Source: Tubulanus polymorphus (lineage: Eukaryota > Animalia > Nemertea). From it: a DNA stretch of 64,000 bases. Both the position numbers and the translations under genes were made by a program. Location: assembly GCF_964204645.1 (NCBI RefSeq), contig NC_134026.1, forward strand, positions 25,516,150 to 25,580,149, given 5' to 3'. Under the pieces are notes generated by a model. That model was not told the origin of the DNA. It saw nothing but the letters and a program-made list of their open reading frames with translations, and made no database searches. This document shows, piece after piece, positions 28,431-41,390 of this stretch. Position 1 is the stretch's first letter, and each line of letters begins with the position of its first letter.

Positions 28431-31400
28431 TACTAATCAGGTTGTTATCAAATATCTAAATAGTCTAGGGATAAATCTGTAGGATTTCTTATTCAAAATT
28501 TACCATTCAAATCTTACGCAGACGCGGGGCGTATTATTGAATATTCTTCAGATCCTCTAGTATTATCTAAAATGATATATATTCGATGGTCTTATCAGGA
28601 AAAAGAACTTCGAGGACGTGTCTTTAGGCTAAAGAAAGAAAAGTTCACCGTAGTATTATCATTTCATGAAAAGGTGATTATACGGTGATAGCAGACATAA
28701 AAGTTCGACATCAGCTCAGAGTTTGGGGTTGAAATCATACGATGTAGACAAGATGATACGGCACAATCTTTTCAGAACAAACTCACTATAGCTTTGAGAT
28801 TGTCTAAAGCAACTTACAGCGCGCCACAAAACAAACATCACCTCAGTGAAGTTAACTGTTGATTTTTGTCGCCGGTAGAAGTTTTTATTACACGAGGATG
28901 AACCGCAGGCATTGAGAAATGCACTAACCCACCTCCTCAAACTGAGCTATCTGTGACGACACAAATCTCTCAACTTCTCATATACTCATACGTATATATA
29001 TGTAAAGACAATGCGATAGCGAAAACTTTTCTGCAATTCGAGAAACTGGATATAGCTGCAGTGGAAATCTCGAATAACTGGAAAAGATATACTTTCATTT
29101 TTTCATATATATATTTTTTTCCGATTATTCGGTATCAAACGGTTTGGAATGTAGCGAATGACATTTCAGTCTCGGATGTGAAGTCTGATTAATCTGCGTT
29201 GCAATAGATATGAACTTCCATCCTTTATCAGTCAGCTACCGACTTTTGTAGCAAAGATTAGTAAATAAGCGGGTTTAAGTTACACGATTATCAAAGCTTA
29301 ATATTCACCAGGACGAAATAGGCATTACATATAATTGTCGGTACGGTGGGTATACAAAAATTTGATGATTTAGCCTATTATTTTCTTGATTATAATGTGT
29401 TAACACACATACATCTACATCGACGCACAAAATGGTTTTAGCGCTGTATACAATTATTGTATAATTCATACTTTCGACATATATGATAAATACCTAAGCA
29501 TAGTGAAAAACGTCATCATGACAGAGACATGAAAATAGGTTTACGCAGTGTAAAAAGCCAGGGGCGATTTTCGAAGTGAACTAAGATTTGAGGCTTTGGT
29601 TATCTCGCGTGCAGGGGAAGAATATATATTTCATTGCTTATCTACCGGCAATTCTTGAACCTACAATCTATATACACTTATATAAAGAAGGGCGGTTTTT
29701 GCTTGGCTAGAACTCATTGTGTATTCATCGTGACGTTCGAACGGGAATCTCTGTTGACGTCATTCTTCGGGAAGGGGAACCTTGGCATATATATTGCTTA
29801 TCGAAAATATTCTATGGTTATTTCGTGAAGCCATCTAGCAACAGGCGTCAGTGTGTGCATTTCATTTCTCGGATATATACCATCTGAAAAGCGAACACGT
29901 TTAAAACTCAGCCTTCGAAACAAACAAAACGCTTAATCTTGACGTCTTAAATATTTATGCACGGATTTCTGACAGGCAATGATCAATAAAAATAAGATAA
30001 ACAAGCGCAGTTCTTGTTGCAATTGTAGATGAGTGGTCATGAACTTCCACCAACAACTTCAGATCAACAGCAGAAAAACGCATAGTTTATCGGTTTAAAA
30101 ACGAGAATTTTATTCAGTAGTTATATAGGTCTTCGTTATTCTCAGAAATTTCAAAACAAGTTTCGGTGATTCACAGAGATCACACTGAATCGAATGGTTA
30201 AGGTTCAACGTAATCTCGATAAGTCTGCTATAATTTCGTGTCGTGCTTTTATTATGTGGTTGGATTATTACAGTTTTAGCAGTTTCCGAATCAGCAACAG
30301 TGAATTCTAATGATTTTCATTACCGCGGTGCGTGCCCATAAAACTCGAGAAAAGTAAATAGAATTCTCGTATGTCATAGGGAAATGATCAATTTTTTGAA
30401 TTGTGAAATAATAGATTATTTTCTCTCGTTTTAATGAAACGCAGAGGGAAGCCAATACTCAGACACACGCCACAATAGCTTATTGAAAACTATTGCCACA
30501 TGGGGTGGGCCCAAAAATTTCATTTCAGATCATAAAGAAAAATCAATTTTTTATTTCCAGAATTCTTGAACCGGTTTTAACACCAAATTGACTAATATTT
30601 CAAATATATTATGCGGATGTCAATGAGATATTGAACGCTTTGGTTCATCAAGTGTGCATGACAACAGTGGGGCTTTCACCTGGGGTAACTTACTGACGAT
30701 TCTTTTTCGAATATGAAACTGAATTACATAAAACCTGTCCAAAATACGATTCAATAGGTTGTTGAATGACGCATTCGGTTCTTTAAAACTCTCAATTCAA
30801 CTGTACAGGCGATGAATTCAATAAAAAAGCGACACCCCGTAATATCTTTTCTATTGACAAAAAAAGTTAAAATTAAAACGCTTCTTTTATCCATTGGTAG
30901 ACGCGGCTCATTATTGTATACATAGTGTAGGGTTATTTGAGTGCGTTCATGTAACTATAGAGGATTTGATGATAACGGCATAGTTTATTCGCAATTACTC
31001 TCAGCATTTTACAGTTTTCCTCTTGTAAAATACATGCATCCTGAACAAGCCATATTATCTGCAAAAAGGTAGGACACCCGTGGCTTTTTAAAATAATTTT
31101 ACCAAGAATCGGCTGCGACGTCGGCCAAAACATTTCTTAAACATATCATTTGTACTATTTTTTAATGCTTTTTTTCAATGTCCAATACATCAAGTGGAAT
31201 TTCATCAATGTATTTGTCAGGTTATTGTTCTAATTAACGCCTACTCGTCTCCATTTATTGTAAAGTAAGGATAGCAGTGTCTGATTATCGTAGCCGATTA
31301 TTAGTTCCTCGTCGCTCGCACAGATAGTGCTAGTTATAACTGGACCCATATAGACGATAACAGAGATCAATATCATTCTTTAGTTCACCTTCCAGATCAT

Positions 31401-32086
31401 AAGCCTGAATACACAGCGAAAAAGAGAAATGAATTTTTGCATTTAATGTGAATGGTAAGCTATCATTCGAACATATATTAAAAGAACTGGCAGAGTCAAA
31501 TCCCAAGGAATCTTTTGGGGGTCAATTTTTCAAGGAGTGATTGAAAATACGCAGCGGGATTCTGGACAAAGGGGTCATTCTGTACATCGAAGAATACAAA
31601 TCCTAGAACGTAGAAAAATATCGAATGAGTTCGCGTGGGATTATCATGCAAAGTGGACAGACTTCGTGACAATGGTCAAAAGTTAAAATGACCACAGGCG
31701 ACACGAGGCAAACACGCCCAACACGAGGTCAACTATTCATCAACACAATTCATCGATATTGTCCGCACATTTTTTACGTCCAGCGTCGTCAACCTCTGAA
31801 CACCCGGGATAAAATTAAGGTCTCACGCGGATTTGATTGTACACGGTCCCGTGTATGGAAATCAACGTTATTCACGATACGAACTGCTACTAACAACAGA
31901 CGAGATCAATCAGTGACGACATAACAAACAACAACAACATCGCACAGATTCGTTACGTAGAATGTCGGCATGAAAAAATATATCTCTGTGCAAAGATTCA
32001 GTCTCGGATGTCACCGATGTATACAGTGACTCAGGCGACAATGTTAGTTACCGTTTCCCGTCATATCCATCGCTTTGCCATATCGA

Positions 32087-32222
32087 ATGAACGCTGACCG
32101 ATACTACCGCAACGTTAACGGCTCTCTCATCCGACTCCTCGAAAATCATCCGACCTATGATTCTTCGTTTATCGGAAATATACGGCGACAAAATACGAAA
32201 TTGACGTTATCAACGACGACAG
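32087..32222 (+). CDS. Candidate first coding exon (45 codons plus phase-1 donor), product unknown
   Basis: ATG at 32087 (in-frame TAG upstream at 32045) reads MNADRYYRNVNGSLIRLLENHPTYDSSFIGNIRRQNTKLTLSTTT and ends at CAG|GTAACG (32222/32223). Confidence 0.25.
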
Positions 32223-34717
32223 GTAACGTGTTTTAATCGCTATCGAATTCTCATAAACTCATAATAAGGCATCGATACGTTGTATCGTGGTTAAGGGCGA
32301 TAGTTAGGATGGTCGGAGTAGGAATTGGATATTCAAGCTATATTTGCTTTCAAGTTACATATCTATTCGGGATGGTTGCTGGAATTGAGACTATACTTAT
32401 CATAATTACTCTTTGAAATGCTAATTGGAGGCTCGACGATTTTTTTGTTCAATTATCATTTGATCATTGCACTGTTTCATCTATATTCAGTTCTCATGAC
32501 CTCATTCTTCGGTAAATAGAGTGTTATTAACAGCATATGAGAAAACTTTTCAAGAATCCGACGGATATTGTTTGTTGCCACTATCTGGACATTGTTAATG
32601 GTCTGAATTAGAAGTCCGTTCGACTTCTCGGTTTCCAATCTGATTTGCGGATGTTTCCTCCATCGGGTCTAACGTTTTCTGTGAAATCTATTTTTACGAT
32701 CTAACCGATATACACGTCGGAATGACATTGCGCCGTGAAAGTCATCGAGTCAATCTTTGAAATCGATGCTTCGCTGTATTTCAAGTCGAGGAGATTTTCA
32801 CGTCGAACCCGACAATCAATGACTACACTGGTCATTAGGGAACGCGTTTCAATGGTAAATCTCCAATTTGGTTCGTTGGGAAATTCTATTCATTTTGTAA
32901 TCCATTAATAAAACTGATATCATGTCTCGTCGAGAATACGACTTGTCCAGATAGCGGATTCAGAGTGTGCTGGCTCAAGTCAGCATTCGAGTTGTCAGTT
33001 CGACAAAAATGAAACCTAATAGGTTACTTAACTCGGCAGAAATGAAGTCAGTTTCATGCATTAAAAAGCTATTATGGCTTTGCATTGTTTTGGATACAGA
33101 ATGGCTTCGGTGGAATTCGAGATTCATCGTGTGTCCCATCGAGACAGAGCTTTTAAACCCTGGCAGGTCATTTCTAGCTTTCTTCCTATTGCCTAATTTA
33201 TATAATTACTTCAATATTTACGTATGTTGCAGGTAAACCCATTTTCGATATTACGAGTAATAATATTTTCAACAAATGCCAATGTTATTTCAGTTAACAT
33301 GTCGCCGATGTCATAAATTTTTCAATTCATTTACTTCTTTTCGACGGAATGAAATTTTCTGAAAGTAATGATGAAAACTGAATGAAAACGCGATCCAAGT
33401 CACAGTCACGCAATGAAACGCATGCCCCCATAACGATTGCGTCTATTGTCACGAGGGACGACGTATGATTAGGCTTTTTGAAGGGCATTAATAACGAAAA
33501 CATCATTCAAACGTTACTGATCAACTCGGCCGTTGTAGCATTGTGCTCGCTCATTTAACACATCACCAACTAGCGAAGCTACATTAAACGAATAAAATCA
33601 CAGGCAGGAAACGATTTGTAACTATACGAAATCATGTAAAGTAAACAAAAAGTGCACCTCGTCGTTAAGATTCGAAATGTTACCGAAAACCAGGTATGAA
33701 ATCAGCCTAGTATAGACGGCCAGTTACAGACATCGAGACGTATGAGATGAATTTCATTCTCGCTTATATCGCGCATTAAAAAGAGGAGGATCGCCGATTC
33801 TATCATTTTAGCCAATTTACGGTGGCCGTCATATTTGTGGGCTGAACTATCGGCGAACCGTAAAATCCAATATTCATACATAAAAGGCCGAAACGAAGAT
33901 TTGAAAAAGCCCTTTAGGCAGGTGCGGTGTCGAATGTACCGACACCGATTGGCTTCATCTCGTCTTGTTTAACCGTAATAGCGAATACACAGGTGCGAAT
34001 GACATGCTGCCCGTTGCACACGGTTCTCTAAAAAAATGATATGATATGTATGTATTTATAAAATGCCTAAGTATATATCATTTATGTTCATACGTAGACA
34101 AGGTGGATGGGCCTGTGTCGCCCACATTCTGTGTGACAGATAGATTCTAAGATACACTGAAAGAGCAATTATTATGATGGCTGCGTTATTATTTTTGAAA
34201 TACACAGGTGCAGTTATTACGATGAAAAAGTGTTAATCATTTAAAGTCGTTTCCTGCCTTCACGGTCCTGCCTTCACGCTTCAGGAACATATCGCAACAA
34301 AATCAGTTCCTAAACATAGGCAAAGTATTGATTAAAGATACCTTAAAGTTTCTATTCGCTTAAACTTTGATATTTGTCGTATCATATTCAGGTTTGAGAG
34401 ATCGGTTCGGTTTTGTTTCGAAAAAAAGACAATCGACTCGGTTGGAAGTAAATTAGCTTTGGTTTTTCCGTAACATCTTTTCAAACGATCAAAGTAGCGC
34501 TGAACCTTTTCCCTCTATAATCTACTGAGGCAAGAGCAATTTCACGGACTGCGCATATATTTTCGGACACTGTAATTGCTTTATCGTCGACTTAGCCCGC
34601 AGTGGTTCGTTTTCCTTTGGAAAACATACATTTACTCGAGATAGAAAAAAAGGCAAAAATAAATTGCGTTAGGTTATTGTAAAATCAGCGGTGAACACAC
34701 GCAGTGACTCAGCTCAC

Positions 34718-34960
34718 CTGTGCTACGTATATGTGGCCAAAACGAAGCCTGGAGCAAAACGTTAAATTTAGTCTTTTATCTCGCCAAGACCAGCTCACAG
34801 GCGTTTCTGGACATTTCATTTTAGAGTGTGTTGCATTATGCAAATCCAATTCGTCTTTAATGAGCAAGCGAACTTGGTGTCTTTCTTCTTCGGTAAAACC
34901 CATTATGCTTAGTACAAGTTGCGACTTATGATCTTTGCCGAGATCACAGATCGCAAACAT
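34718..34960 (-). CDS. Candidate first coding exon (81 codons, phase-0 donor), product unknown
   Basis: Track ORF 34709-34960 (MFAICDLGKDHKSQLVLSIMGFTEEERHQVRLLIKDELDLH...HIYVAQ) has a near-consensus donor CAG|GTGAGC two codons before its stop. A TATA box lies ~160 bp upstream. Confidence 0.4.
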
Positions 34961-35084
34961 TCAATATTCACACACGATTTCAGTTAATGAGAAAAATTGA
35001 AAGATACGCTGCACACGTGAATCTTGCCGGCATCTTTTTAAAGTCTCACCTCAAACGACAAACTCTGTAGCTCGTGTCAACAGC

Positions 35085-35126
35085 AGACTCGCGCGCGTCC
35101 AGATGAAATCTTTTTGAACTTTATAG
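35085..35126 (-). promoter_or_regulatory. Candidate TATA-box core promoter
   Basis: Minus-strand TATAAA at 35125-35120 with an initiator-like CGAGTC about 31-36 bp downstream (A at 35089), upstream of the 34960 ATG. Confidence 0.3.
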
Positions 35127-35361
35127 GTGAGGGAAAGATTCAAACGTCAAATTGATGTGATATTAGAACCCGCTATTTCGATATAAATGCAATATTATTC
35201 ATGGATGGCTTATTATGGATTTTAAGTTCAAAGGTGCGAACCATACAGTGTAAAATAAAAGGCATTTACACGTGATTTTGATATTCTAATAATATGTGAG
35301 TCTCAAATTATTAAATTCATGCGACGTTGAAATATATTGGTGACGAATTTATGGATTTTTC

Positions 35362-35513
35362 CAGCGCTGCCTCCCACTCACTGGTTGTGCAGCTCGCTGC
35401 CTCAGTCGAGAGAAATGAAATCCAATAATTTATACTGTCAGGCGACTCCCACAAATTTCACTGAAATTCAAATGTGAAGCGACGTGGCAGTAGATTGGCG
35501 ATGGCAGCGGATG
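35362..35513. mobile_element. Possible degenerate hAT-like MITE
   Basis: CAGCGCTGCC at 35362 and imperfect inverted GGCAGCGGATG at 35503, with internal GCGAC/TCGC motifs. No TSD found. Confidence 0.22.
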
Positions 35514-38500
35514 GTGGCTGCAAATCATCGAGACACTTCCAGCGTATTAGCGCGATGACGTCTTCCATCCAACGACGAATTAAACCACGTTTCGAAAAAT
35601 ACGTCAACACGAAATTGACAGGTATATTCACAGGCTTCGCTATGACGCAAAACACGAAAAATTGACAAAATCTGGAACGTAATGTCTCAAAGCGCCCGGT
35701 TTATGCGTATTCTCTGAGCACGATACTCTTTTTAATTTGTTGTTTTTTTCCTTTTTTTCATCCTCAAGGCCACCGTGTTTTTTATAGCACCGGTCACTAT
35801 TGAAGGGTTAAATTCTAATTTCACATTATGTCTTCTATTCACGTCTGCAGCCGACTCAAATTTTCTCAAGGCTCGAATTGCACGAGATTTAATCAATAAC
35901 GGCGCAGTCGTTGTGCGATCTTAATCTGCTGGTCAGTTTTCTCCTGCTGGCTATGACGGCCAACAAGAGATGATTCATCTTCAACACGGACAAAAAAAAT
36001 CTACCAGAGTGGAATTCAGACTCCAGTATTAACACCGGTATACTGCGGCGCAGAGGCCCTGAGCGCCATGGAAAAAAAACTGTACGCAATATTAACACCT
36101 CTCCGGCCAGGTTCAATTTCAACTGAAGATCCATTCGACCGTCCAACATGTCAGACTTATTTACATTAAGTCCACGCTGACTCACCAGTAAAAGAGATTA
36201 TGATTGAAAATATTGATATAATGATATCGGCCCGGTGAAGCCCACTTTCCAATATGAGTCTGTCAGTTCAGCCAGCGCCGGAATTCGACGACGCGCGATC
36301 ACAAAAGGAGGCGAAAAAAGATAAAATATGGTTTAATCTCCATGAGGCCGAGTATACATACAACCAAACGATTTTATGAGCCAATATCTTTTCGAGCGTG
36401 ATACGATGAAATATGGTGTAAATTTCTATGAAACCTAGCCACGCAGCAGTCTTGGAGTAGTCTAATTTTGCGAGGCATAAATTTGCAATAAAACCCGCAG
36501 TTTATCAGCGGGATGTTTGATCATGAACTCCACGTATCGCCGGCTTTACTGGTCGAGTGGACAAAGACAATTTCAACAGCTGTACAGAGAGGACACCGCT
36601 GTTTGAAACCTCATTTTGAAAAGCGACAAAATTTCTCCCGCTGCTCTCAAAGAGATAAACAGTAACACATCAAAATGCGAAATGCTCCGTAATTCGCATA
36701 AAAGCGGTAGCAATTTCGTCAATGTTACGGCCAACTGCCGCATTTCACAGACGTCGTGTTCTTGAGTCTCGCAATAAAACTTGCCACCGTAGACCGAATT
36801 TCTTTCTTTGGAACGGCGTAAAAAACGGATACATAAACGCGAATTGAGAACGCCTGCGGGCAACTGGGGCATCGGGTCCAGGTGCTGATAGACTGACTCT
36901 ACACACTGCAACTGGCATTAACTTCACCATAAAATATGATAAAAATAATGCTACGTGTCCACTGTCGAAATCCATAATGCATGAATTACAAATCTTCCCG
37001 CCGGGGCTGATATTATATGATTATTCACACCATGGTTGGCTACTATCTGTTTATCTGACAAAACGCAGACTACTCGCAGGCTTTGTGGCGTTTCAAAGGC
37101 TTCAAATTTGCGCCCAGTACGGCTTCAACCTGCGTAAAACTGGCATCACAACGTCGCTTAAATCTGCGAAATTAAATCAGGCTGTCATATGCGAACTAAT
37201 TCTTTTCATCTCCGACGAAAAAGGTGAAAACTGGAAAAGTATACAGTCGATGTGCATAGCGAAATATGAAGCTTTAATGTCTCCCCATAAATTGCATATT
37301 GAAACGTAGATAGATCGATGGAAAAAAGAATATTTGAATCGCGAATAATTTTAAAAAGGACAAAATTTACCAGCTGTAGAACGTCGATATCTATCGGTAG
37401 AACATATGCTTCTTAAAACTGTCGAAAATTGCACATCTGTCAATTTCACTCTCAAATACTACTTGCATTGCGAAACAAAAATTGATTTCTTTTCAAATGG
37501 CACTATCCCTGAAGTCAGGCTTTCTCTACTGATCGACCCATTTTGACAGATATGTATCGTTTTAGATTATCTCAATCTATAGAAGTAATATACATTATCT
37601 ATATATCTATATGTATATGTGATGAGCGTAAAATAGCTGTGTATACAAGTTGATAGGACGAGTGACTGCCATTGAAAAAGTGATGAATCGGTTCATTTCA
37701 ACTAATCACGGCGAAAGTTTGAATAAGAAAGAATATTCCAAGAAAAGGCATTTTTTCATAAAACTTGACCGATCCATTTACCCCGGAGCGATGCGGCGTC
37801 GATAATACACTGACGACCATCAATCATCGAATTCATGATGAGAGAAATTTTCACCATATAAGAAAAGACATAACTCAAAGTTCACTAACAAACAACGGGC
37901 CGAATGTAATCAATCATTAAACATCTCCAGGAATGTTGACCAAGCATGAGAAGAACACTGCCAATTTGCACGTAGTCCGGTCAAACCTGTTCTGTTCTGC
38001 TAGCAGCAGTCAGTGCAGCGTCCGCGAGGTTTTTAATTATATTTCGATTCAGAGTAATCGGACGGACAGTTCTCTGTTCACCGATTCGTGATGGGTAAGC
38101 GCTGTACGCATTAAGGGTTGATGATTTGTAGACTTTTTTTATTTTCATTGCCCAAAACGACCGAGCTTAAGATTTGAAAGATTTCCTCTTAAAAACGAAC
38201 GTTGCATAGAATGATAGTTTCATCAGGACAATCATTGTGTTTTTTTCGTGGAAGTGCAGTCTAGACGGAATTTTTTTCAGATTTCAAACTGATATTGCTC
38301 TGGCATGCTGTCATTTTCTGATGCAATAAATATTCGAAATCATCATTTGCCATTGAACGTAATTCGCCTGCGCACATCAAGGGTTAACGAGTAATTCCTT
38401 TGCGAGCGCAAAAACTAATACGGCGCTCTATATTTTGAATTAACTATCGGTCAATTGGACAGATCCATCAAACGAACTTAGCCGGCTCTAATTTCAGACA

Positions 38501-41287
38501 GCCCAGCGGAATTTACCCGAGCGAATTATCAAAATTAATGTCAGTGAAATGCCGACTGAAAAGCACTTCGGAGCTAAGCCGCATGAATAGCGCGCCGGCA
38601 TCAATGTTGAAATGACCAACTGCCATTACGCGATCAAATTGAAATGAATCACATTTCAGCCATTTGGGTCATCCATTACGCATCAACTCAAGCTGAAAAC
38701 AAACGAGACTGTAACCAAAGCAATTTCATTTATTTTTCCCGTTGTCGAGAACTGATTTGACTTCTTTCTATTCGATGGGTTTTTATGCATTGAACGCTAC
38801 TGAAACGAACGACTACTGCGGTTAATGATGTCGCGTTTAAGACCATTTTCACTGCGAACAAAGATGGAGGCTTTCAGTGCAACAAAAGTCACAAACCTCC
38901 ATTCAAAATGTTTCTACGACAGTTTTCAAATATACATTACTTTCTAAAATCTATGGGCTGAGTGCATTATGCTGCATCACCAAAAAACAATTCACAAAAA
39001 TGGTGGCTAGAAGAGTATTTCATTTTCATCGAAAATCTAACTGCTGACCACAGGCTCTACAGCGCGATGATTTCCAATCGAATATCTGGTCAAACTAGTA
39101 AAGAGATTCGCAATGTGACGTGGAAAATTCCTGCTTGATATTCACAAAGCGAAGTCTAATATAAATTCAGGTCGGATTTCGGTCGCATATTGACGAGAGG
39201 TGCTTTCAAATTACCACGCACTGCAAGTGACCGTTTCGGCTTTGTTAACATTGGTCGGAATTTTCAGTCGAGCAATTTTCGATTTGATGAGAATCGAGCG
39301 ACCGCGGCCGACATATCCGCGTGTGATTTTTAATGAAAATTCTTCAAGAGCCATGTCAGATCAATGGACAGTGGTCGTTGCTTTGCGTCGAGATTATTGA
39401 TTAAAAATCCTCGGTGTGCATGTATTTTAGACATTCAATTCAGTCTCAGAAGACCCGTGTCCATCATCGCGGCAACGGCTATCGTGACTCACACTCGATC
39501 GTGCATTAATTTTTGTTGAAAAAAAGATTGATATCTAAGACGATGCCGAGGCCTTCAAAAGGAATTTGAATGCGAAACTCATTTTCATTTGTGACACATA
39601 CTCCGGCGCTGTCCATCCGTCGAGCATCAAATTGACCTGACTCGTATTTTACAATGAAATGACTCAGCCTGAACTGTCTACAAATAATCACTAGCTCGTC
39701 AAGCCCCAAGTGGTCACGGAAAAAAGTTTTATTGCTCCGGACAAGGGCTTTAACTATGTCCACGACGTAGTTTATTAAGTCCACAGGGAGGCTTATTTCT
39801 ATCCTTGTTAGACGCTGTTTAAAATGCAAATTTCCCCCATGGAAATTATTAATGATAGGGTTCAGGTTTTTACTACGTAGTAATTGCTACACGCACGCGC
39901 GTTCGTTAAGGGAAGAACCCAAAGCGGTCAGGGGTCAGAGCGAGGCTATTTCACCGCGCCAAGACGTGTAATCAGACGACACAGGTATAGCAATCAGAGA
40001 GATTTCTGCAATCGATAGAAATTTAAAAGACGACTGTGGCTACATCGGAGGTTGTGACTTATTGAAATGAGTCAAAATCAGATAACGAAGTCATCAACAA
40101 CTGCGACCCATTAACATGTAATCAGCGGGTAGTATTTCTGAAATTCAATATTTCGATGTAATGCGAACATCGGACGGCACGGCGTGAAATATATAGTTGG
40201 CGTTTTCAACGTCACTTTTTCACCGACAAATTGACAGTAATTATGAAGGCAGTTACAGGCGAGCTGTCTGATTTGATTCTAGAAAAAACTGTCGTCTTGT
40301 GAGACGCAGGGGTCAGTAGGCTAATGACCAAATCTGGACGAAGCACAATAACTAACAGGCCTAAGCGAACCTCCCGGACATAATTTGCCAATTCTGATTA
40401 GCGAATTGCCGATAGGAAAAAAAGTACTTCAGCAACTTCGGAGCTTGAATTATCAAAATATGTGAAAATCTGAATGAGAAAACCACAGTTGTGACAAATT
40501 ATGTTGGAACCACGTTCACGGTGGGCTGTTTATAACTCTCGCTTTGGTCAACTCGAATCATCTCGTATCATTGTCTAGTTCCAAATGTACGACTGCATGT
40601 ATGATTTGTTTCCACTAATGTCGATTAATGAAGCAAAATTCATACGATCAAATTAAACAGAGTTCCCCGTCAAGTCTCGCGGTCAACCTTATCAGGCCAA
40701 AGGCCACGTGTAATTGGGCCAAATTCCAGGTGGCGATTGTTTTTCCGGAATGGTAAACACGATCATCATCAGCTATTGTAAACGTACTAATTCGATTTGC
40801 CCGACATCCGCGGAAGTGAAAGTGACCCAGCAATACACGCCGCTTTCAAAATAAGCATGTGCGTTATGAGAAATGAATACATCATTTTGAGAGGCAGGGA
40901 ACAATTTGGTCAACCTGTTCAGTCCCACCTTTCTTATTGTCGTCGGACAATTGTATGTACAAAATACAACTAAATATCCCGTCTAAACGTTTGTTACGGT
41001 AAATTTGAGCTTTTGTCCGCGGACACATATACGATAATATACTACGGGTTCGCGTGGCGGCCGTTCAACAAAAGAGACAATTCGGTGTCAAAGATACGCC
41101 GGAGTATAATAATGATGGAGGGAATCGATGGTGGAGGCCTGCAGGCGAGAACTAGCCCTAATCGCCTCGACATGCGACTATAACAATAAAACAGACATTT
41201 ATGGGGTAAAGATTAAGATGTCGAATTCCCGGCTTTCACCCGATTTGACCGATATATACGCGAGGTGAGGTGAGGCGAGGCCGACTG

Positions 41288-41390
41288 AATTAACTCATTG
41301 AAAATAATGAACTTATTTTAACCAGGGAAGTGTACACTTCCCTGTGTTAACTCAGAGTTAACTCTTACTCGAAAGTGTGGAGCTGGATCC
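41288..41390. mobile_element. Truncated copy of the 57320-57427 MITE family carrying a 22-bp palindrome insert
   Basis: CATTGAAAAT..GAACT and TTAACTCAGAGTTAACTCTTACTC..GTGTGGAGCTGGATCC align with 57366-57428. The perfect palindrome CAGGGAAGTGTACACTTCCCTG sits at 41323-41344. Confidence 0.7.

Noticed and set aside
29594-29606. miR-9-like CTTTGGTTATCT
   Set aside because: Partial match only, no hairpin.
33925-33947. 8-bp GC-rich hairpin CGGTGTCG/CGACACCG
   Set aside because: Expected by chance in 64 kb; bacterial terminator logic does not apply here.
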